Source of the DNA: Phoronis australis
Taxonomy: Eukaryota > Animalia > Phoronida
Direction: 5' to 3'
Length of the DNA: 64,000 nucleotides
NCBI GenBank assembly: GCA_002633005.1
Contig: NMRA01000226.1
Coordinates: 3,728-67,727, forward strand
In this document: positions 36,301-48,916 of the stretch, in pieces
Position numbering within the stretch: the stretch's first letter is position 1
Layout of the letters: the number at the start of each line of letters is the position of its first letter
Notes under the pieces: model-generated
Database searches by the model: none
The model's input: only the letters and a program-made list of their open reading frames with translations
What the model was told of the DNA's origin: nothing
Position numbers and translations under genes: made by a program

Positions 36301-37986
36301 AGGACGCTAGAAATTTTGCGGAAATTATGGTTGGAGTTGATATTAAATAAGGGTGGCGGATGACAGGTTTAGACATCTAGAGTGACGTAAAAATCAAACT
36401 GACGACGTTAGTATTGGATGCAGGACTTAAATCTAGGTAATGTCACTATTTGCATCTTCTTCACTTTTCGCTTATTTGACATTTGAAGAATAGAAATGGT
36501 AGTTATGTGGTTCTGATCGTCCTCAATACACTGCATGTAGCATTATATGTAGTGTATTGGGGACGATCAGAAGCTGAGGACACCTGTGGCAATAGAAACC
36601 GGTGACCTAAGTTAAAGTCGTGAATATAAGCATAAAAAGCAGCCGATTGTCATGGTCATTATAATCCATTATATTTGCCTTCACAAATATTCGTGTTTAT
36701 CCAATCTTAACCCTTGTTTGTCTCCGTAAGCAGAGTTTTGAAAACGTTCGCTCATCGCCGGCCATTTTGAATGAGGCCCTAAAGTTGTGACCGTTTGGTT
36801 TATCCGGAAATGCATGAAGTAAGGCCACACAAATCAACTACAGTGCTTACAGTTACTCTGGACGACATAAAACGCATTGCATTGTTTATTAATTCAGTTT
36901 CAATTGAAATTGATTATTGCATATTTTGCATCCAGCTCCGATGTGCACAGACGTTTTTAGTGAGGTTGTTTACGTAAAACGCTAAGAACCCAGCATCAAT
37001 TATCTCTCTGTATTTTGTTGGTTTGGCCTTACAAAACTTGATCGACCCTGGGACATTTTGATACATTGTTCAAGCCACCCCTGGAGTGTGTGTTACAGCA
37101 AATCTGAAGGATGTTATAGTTTCGAAAATATATTCTGAAAATGCACAAAAAAGTAGATTCATTTGTAAAAAAAGCCACCCACTCACTGATTATTATCATA
37201 TTGTGAATATCAACATGTCCGGGTATCCGTTTGACTTTCGTAAGCAGAGGAACGCTGGAAACTTCAACACTAGATGTCGCGGTACCGCGCAGAAGCGGAA
37301 ATAAGATCGTTTACGACTTTAGGGCACTCACGACTTTACGACCTCAGACTATACCATCTGCTTTCTTATTGATAATCTTGTTTCATGTACATTTAGCACA
37401 CACTAAGTAAGACAAGTGTTGTAACGAGTTGATCTGATTAAAGCTAATTAGTAAGAAACTCTTGTAGGTTTTGCGGCATGATACTAAACTACTGACTCCC
37501 ATGATAATGGCCATGAACTTGTTTGTTGAACATCTTCTCAAGGAAAACAATTGTTCCCTGAGTATTTTATTGAAAATGTTTCATTGTGATGAAAAATGCT
37601 TTAAGAAAACCCGCAGCCAAAGAGTTCGGAGAAAATTTATCACAAATGAGATCACTTTGCAAAACTGTTAATTTGGAACACTCGTTTCAATAAATATCTT
37701 TGCCTGACTTTTGTTTTCTTTGCCCAACTAAATTGACAATTATTGGAGGCTATATTATGATTGTTTAAACGAAGATGATCGTTAACTTTCCTTGTAGATT
37801 TTGTTGGTTTTGAAGAAGAGCAAGCTGTCTTTACTCAAAATAACATTTCTTTGCCTGGATAAACATTTTATTTACTTGTTGGCCATTTTTAACCCACTGA
37901 TGAAGCACTCAGTTTTTTGCATGTTTGTTCATACTAGAGTAATATGACAATGCTTTAAATGTATGATGTCATAAACTCACATTTAC

Positions 37987-38052
37987 NNNNNNNNNNNNNN
38001 NNNNNNNNNNNNNNNNNNNNNNNNNNNNNNNNNNNNNNNNNNNNNNNNNNNN
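37987..38052. other. Assembly gap (66 N)
   Basis: Run of N. Confidence 1.
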
Positions 38053-38860
38053 CACTTCTCCATAATTTTAAATATTGAACTTGACCAGTTGCAGTTCCGA
38101 TGTTTAAGGTCCCATAAAAAGACTTTTTTTGCAATTCTGCTTTCATCCATTAGAACTAAACGATTCCAGAGCCGTAGCATATTTTCCTGTTGTTTGTAGT
38201 GTGAATTTGGCCAACCCGAGTCGCCATAAAGTACTGCATTGGCAGCATACTTGTGGACCCCTAAAAATATACGTAGAGCTCTCGTTCTGATCATTTCACA
38301 TTTGGAGTATTGAGAGTATCCCCAAATTCCAGATCCATATTCTAGAATTGAAGCTACGGACATTTCAAAACATTTACTGTAACTGTTGAAACCCATGTTA
38401 CCAATATGTTTGTACTTGCTCACCAGAGCTCCCAACGCTCTGGACGCGGAGTCCGCCAGTATCTCAGCTGTCAAACTAAAATCCATAAACTCATTCAGAG
38501 TTACACCCAAATACTTATAACATTCTTTTAAATTCACAATGCGATCGCACAAAATGAATTCAAAACTCGTTCTTACATGTCCCCTCTTGCGAAAATGAAC
38601 CACATCAGTCTTGGAAAAATTTACGGACATTTGCCACCTTGCACACCAATTACTTAATACGTTCAGTAAATCCTGTAAATAGGCTTCATTACCAGAAAAA
38701 ATCACAATGTCATCTGCATACAACAGACATGATAAATTACATCCATCAAAATTGATACCTTTGCTACAACTGTTCAAATCATTAATCAAATCATTTATGA
38801 AAATTGAAAACAATATAGGCGACAATGGATCTCCCTGCCTGACCCCTCTTTGTAGTAAAA
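38053..38860 (-). mobile_element. 5'-truncated non-LTR retrotransposon (LINE) RT fragment with an open frame
   Basis: GVRQGDPLSPILFSIFINDL, LLYADDIVI, YKYLGV, YGSGIWG; ~270 codons without a stop, running into the gap. Confidence 0.93.
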
Positions 38861-38899
38861 GTATACGGAGTTGGCGGTCCATGTACTATAGTCTATGCA

Positions 38900-41800
38900 G
38901 TAACAGAGGCCAGGCCACGAGAACTTAGCCCTTCCATATTTTAGCGCATACTCTTGTTACTCGCTGGTTCCCTGCGTGCCGCTAGGTGGGGCGGTAGCCT
39001 CGCCAGCACGCAGGTATCACTTAATTTTCCTCGGTAAATTTTTTTACACCGGCGTTTCTGATTGGCTAGTCGAATTCTCAACAGGCAGAGCATTACGCAA
39101 ACAAACTGGCATGACTGATGAACTGACGGTAAATGTCACGTTGTGCAGACAAATCGGTGCTTAAAATTTATGTTCAGGACTGTGAAGCCTAGAAATTGTG
39201 ATTTGGCCTTTTCAGAATGCATCATGATTCTACCAGGAAGAGATAACCCCTCCGAGGGGGTTCGGCGAACCCCCACCCCTTGGCTACGGGCCTGAAGCTC
39301 AGTAGTAACTGAAAAGTCGTCCATCATAGCACAGAATACTAATAGATTCGTGGTATTAAGTTCACACGCACAAAGAGATACGAATGTTCAAAATAACTTC
39401 CCGATTTCGAGTACATGCAGGTACATAACTATGAGACCCTGCGCCATCATGTGGTTGAGTTGTGAGTTCACCATCCGGCATGAGCTTCCTACTAGCCTTG
39501 GTACAAAAAGCTGTATACTAAGTGGGTAAAAAAGTGATAAGATAATATCTGACACAAAATTAGTGTCATTAAGAACTACAGTCTTCCTTGAGTAAACCAA
39601 ATTATTTAATGGTGTTGGAAAAAATGGTTTCATTGAACCCGCTTCTTGAAAACAAGTGCTACATGGAGCGTTGAAATGCACCCACGACTGCAATGCAATT
39701 CCAGTAGTGTTTTTAATATGGTCGTAAAAATGTCCATTAAGCGGCACTAAATTCATTGAACCTATTAAAAACAATGCGTTGTCTTCTCTCTAAGAACACT
39801 GTCCGGCAAAATTAAATGAAAATCCGCAAAGGAACTCTGAAGATAGAGGCAGGCGTAACTCACTTTTTTGAGGAAAGCAATAAAATTTCCATTCGGAGGC
39901 AAAGCAACTGTTGTTGGACTACACACGCCAAAGTGTGACCCTGAGGGGTTAAGTAAATATCATTACGGCGTTTTCCCGTTGCTCCCAACTTGTTCGAGTC
40001 TATTGCCCAACAACAAGTTGGGAAGTTTACCCCTGTAGCCAATATCTTACACGACTGATTAACTCCATTCTGGCATTCAGGGTTTTAGAGCCAGCTCTCT
40101 TTTGTTCGATAATTGCTCTAATTTCCAATAAAATCGCATCTACCCTGACTGGGTTGTGCTGTTAAACATAAAAGTTACTTTATAACATATTTGAACATAA
40201 ACCAATAGCATTTCTCATTGAAATCTTCGTTAAATGGTGATCATGTTTATTTTTTGAATCTCAAAAATCGCCCAACTGCAACCGAAGTTACGACAATCCA
40301 TTCCTTCCGAATACACCGATTCACTCTGAGTTTGACTGTGTTCACACGTGGTCTGTAATAAGCCTGGTAGATAATTGGCCTGCTTGTTGTCGTAACAGAC
40401 AAAAGAGTGTGCTTGGCAGTTAACAAAGAACTTAACTAGATGTTATCACACACTCAGAACCCCCAACGTGTTGGTTAATTAAGTCACTGAACGGGAAAAC
40501 GCTGTCATGTAAACACAGATGTCAACAAGAGCAACGCGCAGCGTTGAAATTCGCTCACGATAGCACTGCAAAAAGTTTGTTTCAATGAGTATGTTTACAA
40601 TTACAAGAATATCCATTTAGATGCCGCATAGTGCGTCAAACCCCTTTGAATAGAGAAGGTGGCGCCATCTCTGCCAAACAAAGCGATTTGCAGAATTTCA
40701 TGAAACTAAGCTAAGGAAGAGTGTGAGAGGAGTGTGAGAGTGTATTTTCGAAACAAAGATCTTTAAACATATAGTTGGGGAGGGTCTGTTAATTTTTCAG
40801 TTATACTTTAAAACAAAGTTTGTGCACTGAAATTGCAATAATTAATTGATATTAACACTTGGAATATTGGGGAAAGAATGCCGCCCCCAACCTTTTGGTT
40901 GAGAGTCGCCCCCCCCGTTTTTGCTCGTACCTCTTCTTCAGCAGGTCTGTCTTATGTTTATTACTTCCCTCACCTCCCTGGACAAAATCCTACATGTTCT
41001 GTATCTGCTCACCCTCCAATCACCTATTTTCACCTGTTTACTTCTGATTACCGAGACACTCTTGCTTATGATGTATTTCTCGTAATTGTTATTACCGATC
41101 CTGCCCAAGTTTTTTTCTTGATATACCGAGTCTAGATTTTGCCTATGTGTATTTTCCATGGCAGTGCTCATATTTTTTTTTTTTGTTTTCAATATTTTAA
41201 GCAAAGACACTTCACAATTTTGAATTTAACAAACTGAAATCGTCCGTAGTCAACGCCTCGCGTATTTCGTAGGCGCACACACGCCCACTAGGTGTCGCCA
41301 CGGTCCGTGACTCTATAACTGCGAAGTGGCCACCAGAGGACGCTAGAAATTTTGCGGAAATTATGTTTGGAGTTGATATTAAATAAGGTGGCGGATGACA
41401 GGTTTAGACATCTAGAGTGACTTAAAAATCAAACTGACGACGTTAGTATTGGATGCAGGACTTAAATCTAGGTAATGTCACTATTTGCATCTTCTTCACG
41501 TTTCGCTTATTTGACATTTGAAGAATAGAAATGGTAGTTATGTGGTTCGTCCGATTTCGGAATTTCCGGGTTATTCAGACTCGTTGGTATCACAGGCGTC
41601 CTCAGCTTCTGATCGTCCTCAATACACTACAGGTAGCATTATATGTAGTGTATTGGGGATGATCAGAAGCTGAGGACGCCTGTGGCAATAGAAACCGGTG
41701 ACCTAAGCATAAAAAGCAGCTGATTGTCATGGTCATTATATTTGCCTTCACAAATATTCGTGTTTATCCAATCTTAACCCTTGTTTGTCTCCCTAAGCAG

Positions 41801-43063
41801 AGTTTTGAAAACGTTCGCTCATATCGCCGGCCATTTTGAATGAGGCCCTAAAGTTGTGACCGTTTGGTTTAGACGGAAATGCATGAAGTAAGGCCACACA
41901 AATCAACTACAGTGCTTACAGTTACTCTGGACGACGTAAAAACACATTGCATTGTTTATTAATTCAGTTTCAATTGAAATTAATTATTGCGTGTTTTGCA
42001 TCCAGCTCCGATGTGTACAGACGTTTTTAGTGAGGTTGTTTATGTAAAACGCTAAGAATCCAGCATCAGTTATCTCTCTGTATTTTATTGCTTTGGCTTT
42101 ACAAAACTTGATCGACCCTGAGACATTTTGATACATTGTTACAGCCACCCCTGGAGTGCATGTTATAGCAAATCTGAAGGATGTTATAGTTTCGAAAATA
42201 TATCCTGAAAATGCACAAAAATGTGGATACATTTGTAAAAAAGCCACCCACTCACTGATTATTAGATCATATTGTGAGTATCAACATGTCCGGGTAATCG
42301 TTTGACTTTCGTAAGCAGAGGAACGTTGGAAACTTCAACGCTAGATGTCGCGGTACCGCGCAGAAGCGGAAATAAGATCGTTTACGACTTTAGGGCACTC
42401 ACGACTTTACGACCTCAGACTATACCATCTGCTTTCTTATTGATAATCTTGTTTCATGTACATTTAGCACATACATGTACTAAGTAAGACAAGTGTTGTA
42501 ACGAGTTGATCTGATTAAAGCTAATTAGTAAGAAAGTCTTGTAGGTTTTGCGGCATGATACTAAACTACTGACTCCCATGATAATGGCCATGAACTTGTT
42601 TGTTGAACATCTTCTCAAGGAAAACAATTGTTCCCTGAGTATTTTATTGAAAATGTTTAATTGTGATGAAAAATGCTTTAAGAAAACCCGCAGCCAAAGA
42701 GTTCGGAGAAAATTTATCACAAATGAGATCACTTTGCAAAACTGTTAATTTGGAACACTCGTTTCAATAAATATCTTTGCCCGACTTTTGTTTTCTTTGC
42801 CCAACTAAATTGACAATTATTGGAGGCTATATTATGATTGTTTAAACGAAGATGATCGTTAACTTTCCTTGTAGATTTTGTTGGTTTTGAAGAAGAGCAA
42901 GCTGTCTTTACTCAAAATAACATTTCTTTGCCTGGATAAACATTTTATTTACTTGTTGGCCATTTTTAACCCACTGATGAAGCACTCAGTTTTTTGCATG
43001 TTTGTTCATACTAGAGTAATATGACAATGCTTTAAATGTATGATGTCATAAACTCACATTTAC
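38900..43063 (+). repeat. Near-identical direct copy of 34091-37986 (probable second haplotype)
   Basis: Collinear over ~4 kb with SNPs and indels; the first copy stops at the gap. Confidence 0.9.
41591..41684. repeat. Long hairpin palindrome (partly deleted in the copy at ~36511-36589)
   Basis: CACAGGCGTCCTCAGCTTCTGATCgTCCtCAATACACTACA...TGTAGTGTATTGgGGAtGATCAGAAGCTGAGGACGCCTGTG. Confidence 0.75.
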
Positions 43064-43133
43064 TTGGGGGTTAGGGGTGGGGGAGTTTTTTATGTTGAAC
43101 GTGAAACTAACAGAACCACGGGAGCCTATATAA

Positions 43134-44426
43134 AGGCGAAGGCAACCTTTTTTCATGTCACTTTTAGCAAAAATAAGGTCTGTTGATTATCCCAGACATA
43201 TTTTTCACTTAATTACAGTTTTTCGTAATTTAATTAATTTCTCGTCCTCTACTCCGGAAGTGACATTTTGGGAGGCAAGAATTTCGCACCAATTTCTTTT
43301 CATACAGTTAGACTGTGAGAGCTGTCAAGTCAGTCATTGTTCTACCTCGGATGTGATAAGTTCGGTCGTCGTTTGCTTTTGTTTACGACTCAGTCAACAT
43401 GCCACGCTGTTGTTGGGTACCAGGATGTACTCATTATTGTCTCACACGTGCTTTGGGTACCTTGCATCGCTTTCCAAAGGATAACACTTCGCCGTACTTG
43501 GCTAGCTCGTTCGTGTGAAGAACGCAGCGCTACCCGTTCACGCAACGTACAAAGCAGTGGCAAGCATTTTCAGCCGTCAGATTACGACAGAGATGTATGC
43601 TGAATTGATGAAGGTCCCTGCGAAACAACGCCTGAACAAGGGTTCCATACCATCGCTGTTGATTCCCGGCAGTGCCCCATCGCCACCCCCGAGAAGTACG
43701 TTTTTGAAGCGAGAAGCCTCGCGAGCTGTAGCTACTATAAACAGTGACTGGAGGCACTTCATCTACTGTCACCCATGCCTCCGAACGTACCCCATAGCGT
43801 GCAGTTCCAGGAACTAGCAGTGATTCCCCGTGTGCTGTTGTCTCTAGCCCAGAGCCTGTAAGCAGCCCTGCAGCGATGTTGAGTAGTGGGAGTGAATACA
43901 GGCCCAGTTTGACACCCAGTGAAAAGGACAGTTCGTCATCCAGTGAACAGATCTGTGAACCTAAGTTTGATAAGTTTATTGTGGACTTGTATTGGAGCTA
44001 TTTGGAAGGTGCCAGGTGTGTAAGCGGCGGTATGTAAGCAGCTTGGGTACTCAAGTCACCATCGGGAGTGTGTCACGGGATACTCAGGGAAGTGAGACAG
44101 TTCTTCCTCTGTACGTGAGACGATAATGAGTACATCTCGGTAGGCAGCAACAGTGTGGCATGTTGACTGACTCGTAAACAAAAGCAAACGACGACCGAAG
44201 TTATTACAACCGAGGTAGAACAATGACTGACTCGCCTGCTCTCATACTCAGACTGTATGAAACGAAATTGGCGCGAAATTCTTGCCTCCCAAAACGTCAC
44301 TTCCGGAGTAGACGACGAGTAATTAATTAAATTACGAAAAGCTGTAAATACGTGAAAAATATGTTTGGGATAATCAACGAACCCTATTTTTGCTTAAAAT
44401 GACATGAAAAAAGGTTGCCTTCGCCT
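43134..44426 (+). mobile_element. Kolobok-like non-autonomous DNA transposon with ~320-bp TIRs and a decayed THAP domain
   Basis: AGGCGAAGGCAACCTTTTTTCATGTCA / TGACATGAAAAAAGGTTGCCTTCGCCT; flanks ATAA and TTAA. From ATG 43399: MPRCCWVPGC...LHRFPKD...RRTW...GKHFQPSDY...RLNKGSIPSL, with frameshifts. Confidence 0.85.
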
Positions 44427-44726
44427 TTAACTTCTAACGTCTGGTGCACCGCAATTGACATCAGACCACCTACACTGTTTTTTTTTAACTTCTAAAGTTT
44501 TGTCTTCTGATGTAAATTTTCTGTGTAATGTTGTGTTCACTTTCATCTCATTAGTCAGACTGATTAGATCATGGCTTCATTCGAAAACCTTGTTCGGTTA
44601 TACCTGGGAACTCTGCAGTTTCCAAATGGAATCAGAAGTGGTGAAACTCATGCTAGGCAGACAATGACAATATCACCCCTTTCCTAACCCACATTGGTCC
44701 CGTATGTCCAGCTTTCCTGGGGTTAC

Positions 44727-46275
44727 TTAAAGGAGAATTCCACCCAAAAACAACCTACCGTATTTTGTATTAGTTTAGATGGAATAAGATAACAGCAAGT
44801 ACAGCTCTTTTTTTCTGACCGCAGACGGAGGTGTTGAAATTAACCAATGACGTCAGAGGTTCGAACGCAGTCTGTTCAGCAGTTCACAACACACTTACTG
44901 TTGTTAGCTTATCGCTTGAATTCGTCGTTTTACACCAACAAATCATCAAAATTCGATATATGAAACCCTTACAAATACACGTATTACATACAGTTATTGT
45001 TATTTTATTTCGCTGTTACGGATTTTTAGGTGTTTGAATGTACTGTAGCCTACAAAGTTCGTTAGGCCAATTTACCAAGGTCGGTTGCATGAGTTTGGGA
45101 TCTGTTCGGCGATAAATTCGAATTATTTGTCTTTGAAATACAGATAGGACAACGTAGCTGTGTTTTGTAATTTTAGACACAAAACGCTTGCTATCCCGGC
45201 CAGTGGCTTGGAAATCAATCAGGCCCATCATGGCCAGACTGAAGACATCACGAACATAAACCAGCCAAAGCTGGAAACTAAACTTCCACTCACGAAGATA
45301 CTATAGTAGTGAGCCAAAAGGGCCTTTCATACTAATGTCGACGCGTCGATGGTTTGGGGAACCGGAATTGCGGTCAGTATGAACGCTTAACTCCGGTCCT
45401 GGATTGCAGTTAACAGCTCCAGTTAACATCACAGTTAATAGATGGATTTAACAGTGCAGGGTTGATGCTGTGTTGCATTATGAACAGTTAACTTCGGTCC
45501 AATCGGAGTTTTCGCCAGGTGCCACTGATATCATCAACAGTTACAGGGTAGTGCTATCACTAATAGCTGCTTATATTTTGCTCTAATAATAACCAATCGA
45601 TTTAAAATATGTTTAATGTCAATAAGCACATGTAAATGTTCCCAAATTGTCACATTTGAAAAAAATATTAGCATGCAGCGCTACCTTGCGATAGCTTCGA
45701 TGACGACAGCATGAATGTCCAGTTAACTGCGCTATTTACGTCGATGCTCCGCTCAGACCCGAGTTAAGTCAGTGTGAAAGGGCCTAAAGAAATAGTGGGC
45801 ACCTGATTATTTTGGTGAATTAGCCACAACCTGCTAATCTAATTTCTAGCTCGTCGGGGGCATCGAAGTCAGGTTACCCTTCCACAGAACCGTCAGGACA
45901 AAGGTTGCATAGTAACAATGATTGGAAAATATATATGAATATCTAAATAAAGATTCCCCTAACATCTAACCATAGCATATAAAATCGAGTAATTGTTTCA
46001 CAATAGCTTTCTGTCAGGGAACACTGAATTAGCATGCGCTCACACGGCCTTGGTGCCCGGTCAATCAGTTTATTGCAAAGTCTTAAGCCCGTAACGAAGT
46101 GATTTATTCGTTGCTGGCTTCTGGAAACATTTGCACTCACGAACACTCCAAGGCATTACAAATTGTATGTAATGAAACAGTCTTTGTTTCAGTTTTATGT
46201 AAGCATTGGTTTGGGTGAAAATAATTCAGTTTGAAACGGAACACACAGTGAATTTTTGTCTGGAATTCAAATCCT
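44727..46275 (+). mobile_element. Non-autonomous DNA element, same family as 1-1137, with a nested MITE
   Basis: Aligns with the reverse complement of 1-1137 on both sides of the 45319-45785 insertion. Confidence 0.75.
45319..45785 (+). mobile_element. PIF/Harbinger-like MITE with 3-bp TSD
   Basis: TIR AGGGCCTTTCATACT / AGTGTGAAAGGGCCT; AAA duplicated relative to the empty site GCCAAAG in the copy at ~481-487. Confidence 0.8.
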
Positions 46276-48269
46276 GTTATGACGCCGTCTCTTAAGTACT
46301 TAAGGTTTTCCTTACCTTGCTTGCCCACTCACCTGAGATAGGTAAGTTGGATATTTTGTTACTTAATTTTCACCTTTCATTGTAGGTGCATGTTATAAGT
46401 GTTGTTGAAAAAATGCTTTTGTTTATAAATGAAAGAATCTTTGGTTAGGTTACTAAGGAAACATTTTTTTACATGTATTTTACTGTCAACTCAATGACAC
46501 ACAGTTTTATTTTAGGCATTACCACCAAAATTTAATTTTTGTCCCTGTGCAAAAAATTCGACATTTGATAATGTTGATTTAACAAAAATGAGTCCATATT
46601 TGATCGAGTTACTGGTAATTAATGTTACAGTTCAACAGTTCAAGATAACTGATGATAGCAGAATCGTTGTATTCACAATCAAATCACAATTTTTGCTGGT
46701 AACCGTTCCCTGGCAGTGTTTGTACTTATCATTGATTTTTTTGAATAAATTATATTTAAATGCTTCTTCTCATTCATTGAAATTTGTTTTTGGTTGGACA
46801 GTTTGCAAAGTTACAGGTATATATTGGGCAGTTCATTGCCGAGTTCATGGTTTTTGTTTAGACTAGGGCTTCCTTGATGATAAGATTCCACAAAATAACT
46901 TTACTGTTAACGTAATGTCCTGAGACAAAGAATCACGAGAAGAAGGCCGTAGTATCGGAGTCAATCTGCATTGATAAAGGCGACACACTTGAGAATTCAT
47001 CATTTTTTCATTGTTTCATTAAAAGTTAAACAGAAGTTATCTTCCTGTATGATATTTACATTTTATGTCAGTGTCATGGGTCGGTTCAAAGATATAGGTC
47101 TTCTTCCAAAAGTCAAAGTCAAATGGATATGATAAGCAATCATGTCAAATTGTTTTGTTTGAGCCTACAGTTCTCTGGCATTACCCTTTAGAATGACTAT
47201 GCAACAAGATCATTCTGAAGGTTTTTTGACGTGATTGATAGTTCATTGTCTACATTTGTGAGCTGATATTTTACTCTGACTTGAACATTGGCTGAAAATA
47301 CTATTTTTTGTAAGTGCCAATTGGTTTTTGGGTAAACAAGAACTCATCACTTTTCAAACACTGTTTTAAAATAACATAGGTGCAGTGGCATTGGGGCTAC
47401 AATATGCAGCTAGGCCATGTAAATGTTTCAGCCTCATCTATGCGTATTTTAAATGCCGGTAGTGTAATTTCTGGCTACCATTGGAAAGAAGTTTACACCT
47501 CCTTAAAATACATTTTACACTTAAAAATATAATTTACACAGTACAGTACTTACTTTGTTCAGCGATCCATTCTGTGGATATTCCCTGTGAAGTATGTCTA
47601 TGGGAATTGAGACAGATTTTTGAAGAATTCTAACTTCACTCTTTGGTCACTGTGAACTTTTTCACTGCTCGCGATAAGCTCACCGTAGGTGACATCACAC
47701 CATTTAGGACTCAGGAATATACCTTTAATTTTCTCAAAATGGCTGCCAGTGAGGCAAGCTCAAGTTAAACACAGCAGAATTGCATGGTTATGTGTAAATT
47801 AAGTTGTCAGTAAATTGTCTTCAGAGTCTTTGTTAATTATAAGTAATTGTGTGTTATATGCATGCTTCATTTGATGTTATTTGTTGTATTGCCCTGCAGT
47901 AGTTAAGGAAAGCGGTTTTGAACGATCCACTTCCTGAGATTGCTTTTCAAAAATTCAACATGCTTCTAGATGCTCTTGTAACTTGCTGACAAGTAATAAT
48001 AAAACATGACAACTAAAGAATCCTATAACAATCTCAGTTGTATGACATGAGCACACATTGATGCACACTGTTCCAAAATTCACAAACTGTTGAATGAAAT
48101 ACTTATATTGGAGTGGCTTCTAAAATCACCAGTTTAAAACTGTGTGAAAACAGGGCACTATTTTGAATAATTAGTTAAGAATAGAATTTCTTTATTCTTG
48201 AAGAATAATAGTGTCTTGTACGTTTCTTCAGTCATTTTCATGGGATTTTGAGGAGAAATAAAGTCTTTA

Positions 48270-48550
48270 AAGTGCATAACATATAACGACGATGTACATA
48301 TGAAGTACGTTGGAAATTGCCAGATATTTTTAAGAACGAATTTTTTGTCGAAAATGATCCGGCGCAAATCCCTCACTGGTGACCAATAAGTTTCGTGATG
48401 TGGTGTTGGGGAATAACACTGCATAATGCAGTCAATGTGAGCCCCCTAGGTACATCTGTGCCAAGGTCACCTATTTGCAGAGCTTTTTTTCACATTTACA
48501 AGTTGTCAATGAATACAACTGCACTTTGTTTAGTGTAGATGATGTTCACT
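48270..48550. repeat. Interspersed repeat; inverted copy of 14335-14615
   Basis: Reverse-complement similarity seen by eye. Confidence 0.7.
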
Positions 48551-48828
48551 AGGAATGTGCAAATACACGTTTAAAGTCTTTGGAATATAAAGTCATTTTC
48601 TAGTGTATGCTTACCTTAAACTATCACAGATGTTGGTTATTATTTTTCCCGCAGTCGGATATAAGATGTCCGTGTTTTGTCAAGCAGTTTGATACCCGAT
48701 ATTTCAATGGAAAAAAATGATTCTCAAAGTACTCGCATGTTATATTCGACTATTATCCTTTTTTACAGAAACTGACGTCGATGTTTCCGTAGAACTGCCA
48801 TAGAGCCACCACGGCATCAGAAGTTGTC

Positions 48829-48916
48829 ATGGTTACACGGCAGCAGTCTTTGGAGATATTGCTTGTGTTTTTAAGCATTTCACTACGTTCTTACGTGACA
48901 ACCAAATGCATTCCAG
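48829..48916 (+). CDS. Cytokine receptor exon: start codon and signal peptide
   Basis: MVTRQQSLEILLVFLSISLRSYVTTKCIP; CAG|GTTAGT phase-1 donor. An acceptor TTTTTTACAG at 48768 implies an upstream non-coding exon. Confidence 0.7.

Noticed and set aside
37895-37930. Hammerhead ribozyme core CTGATGA
   Set aside because: No stem II followed by GAAA; the same holds for CTGATGAG near 8409.
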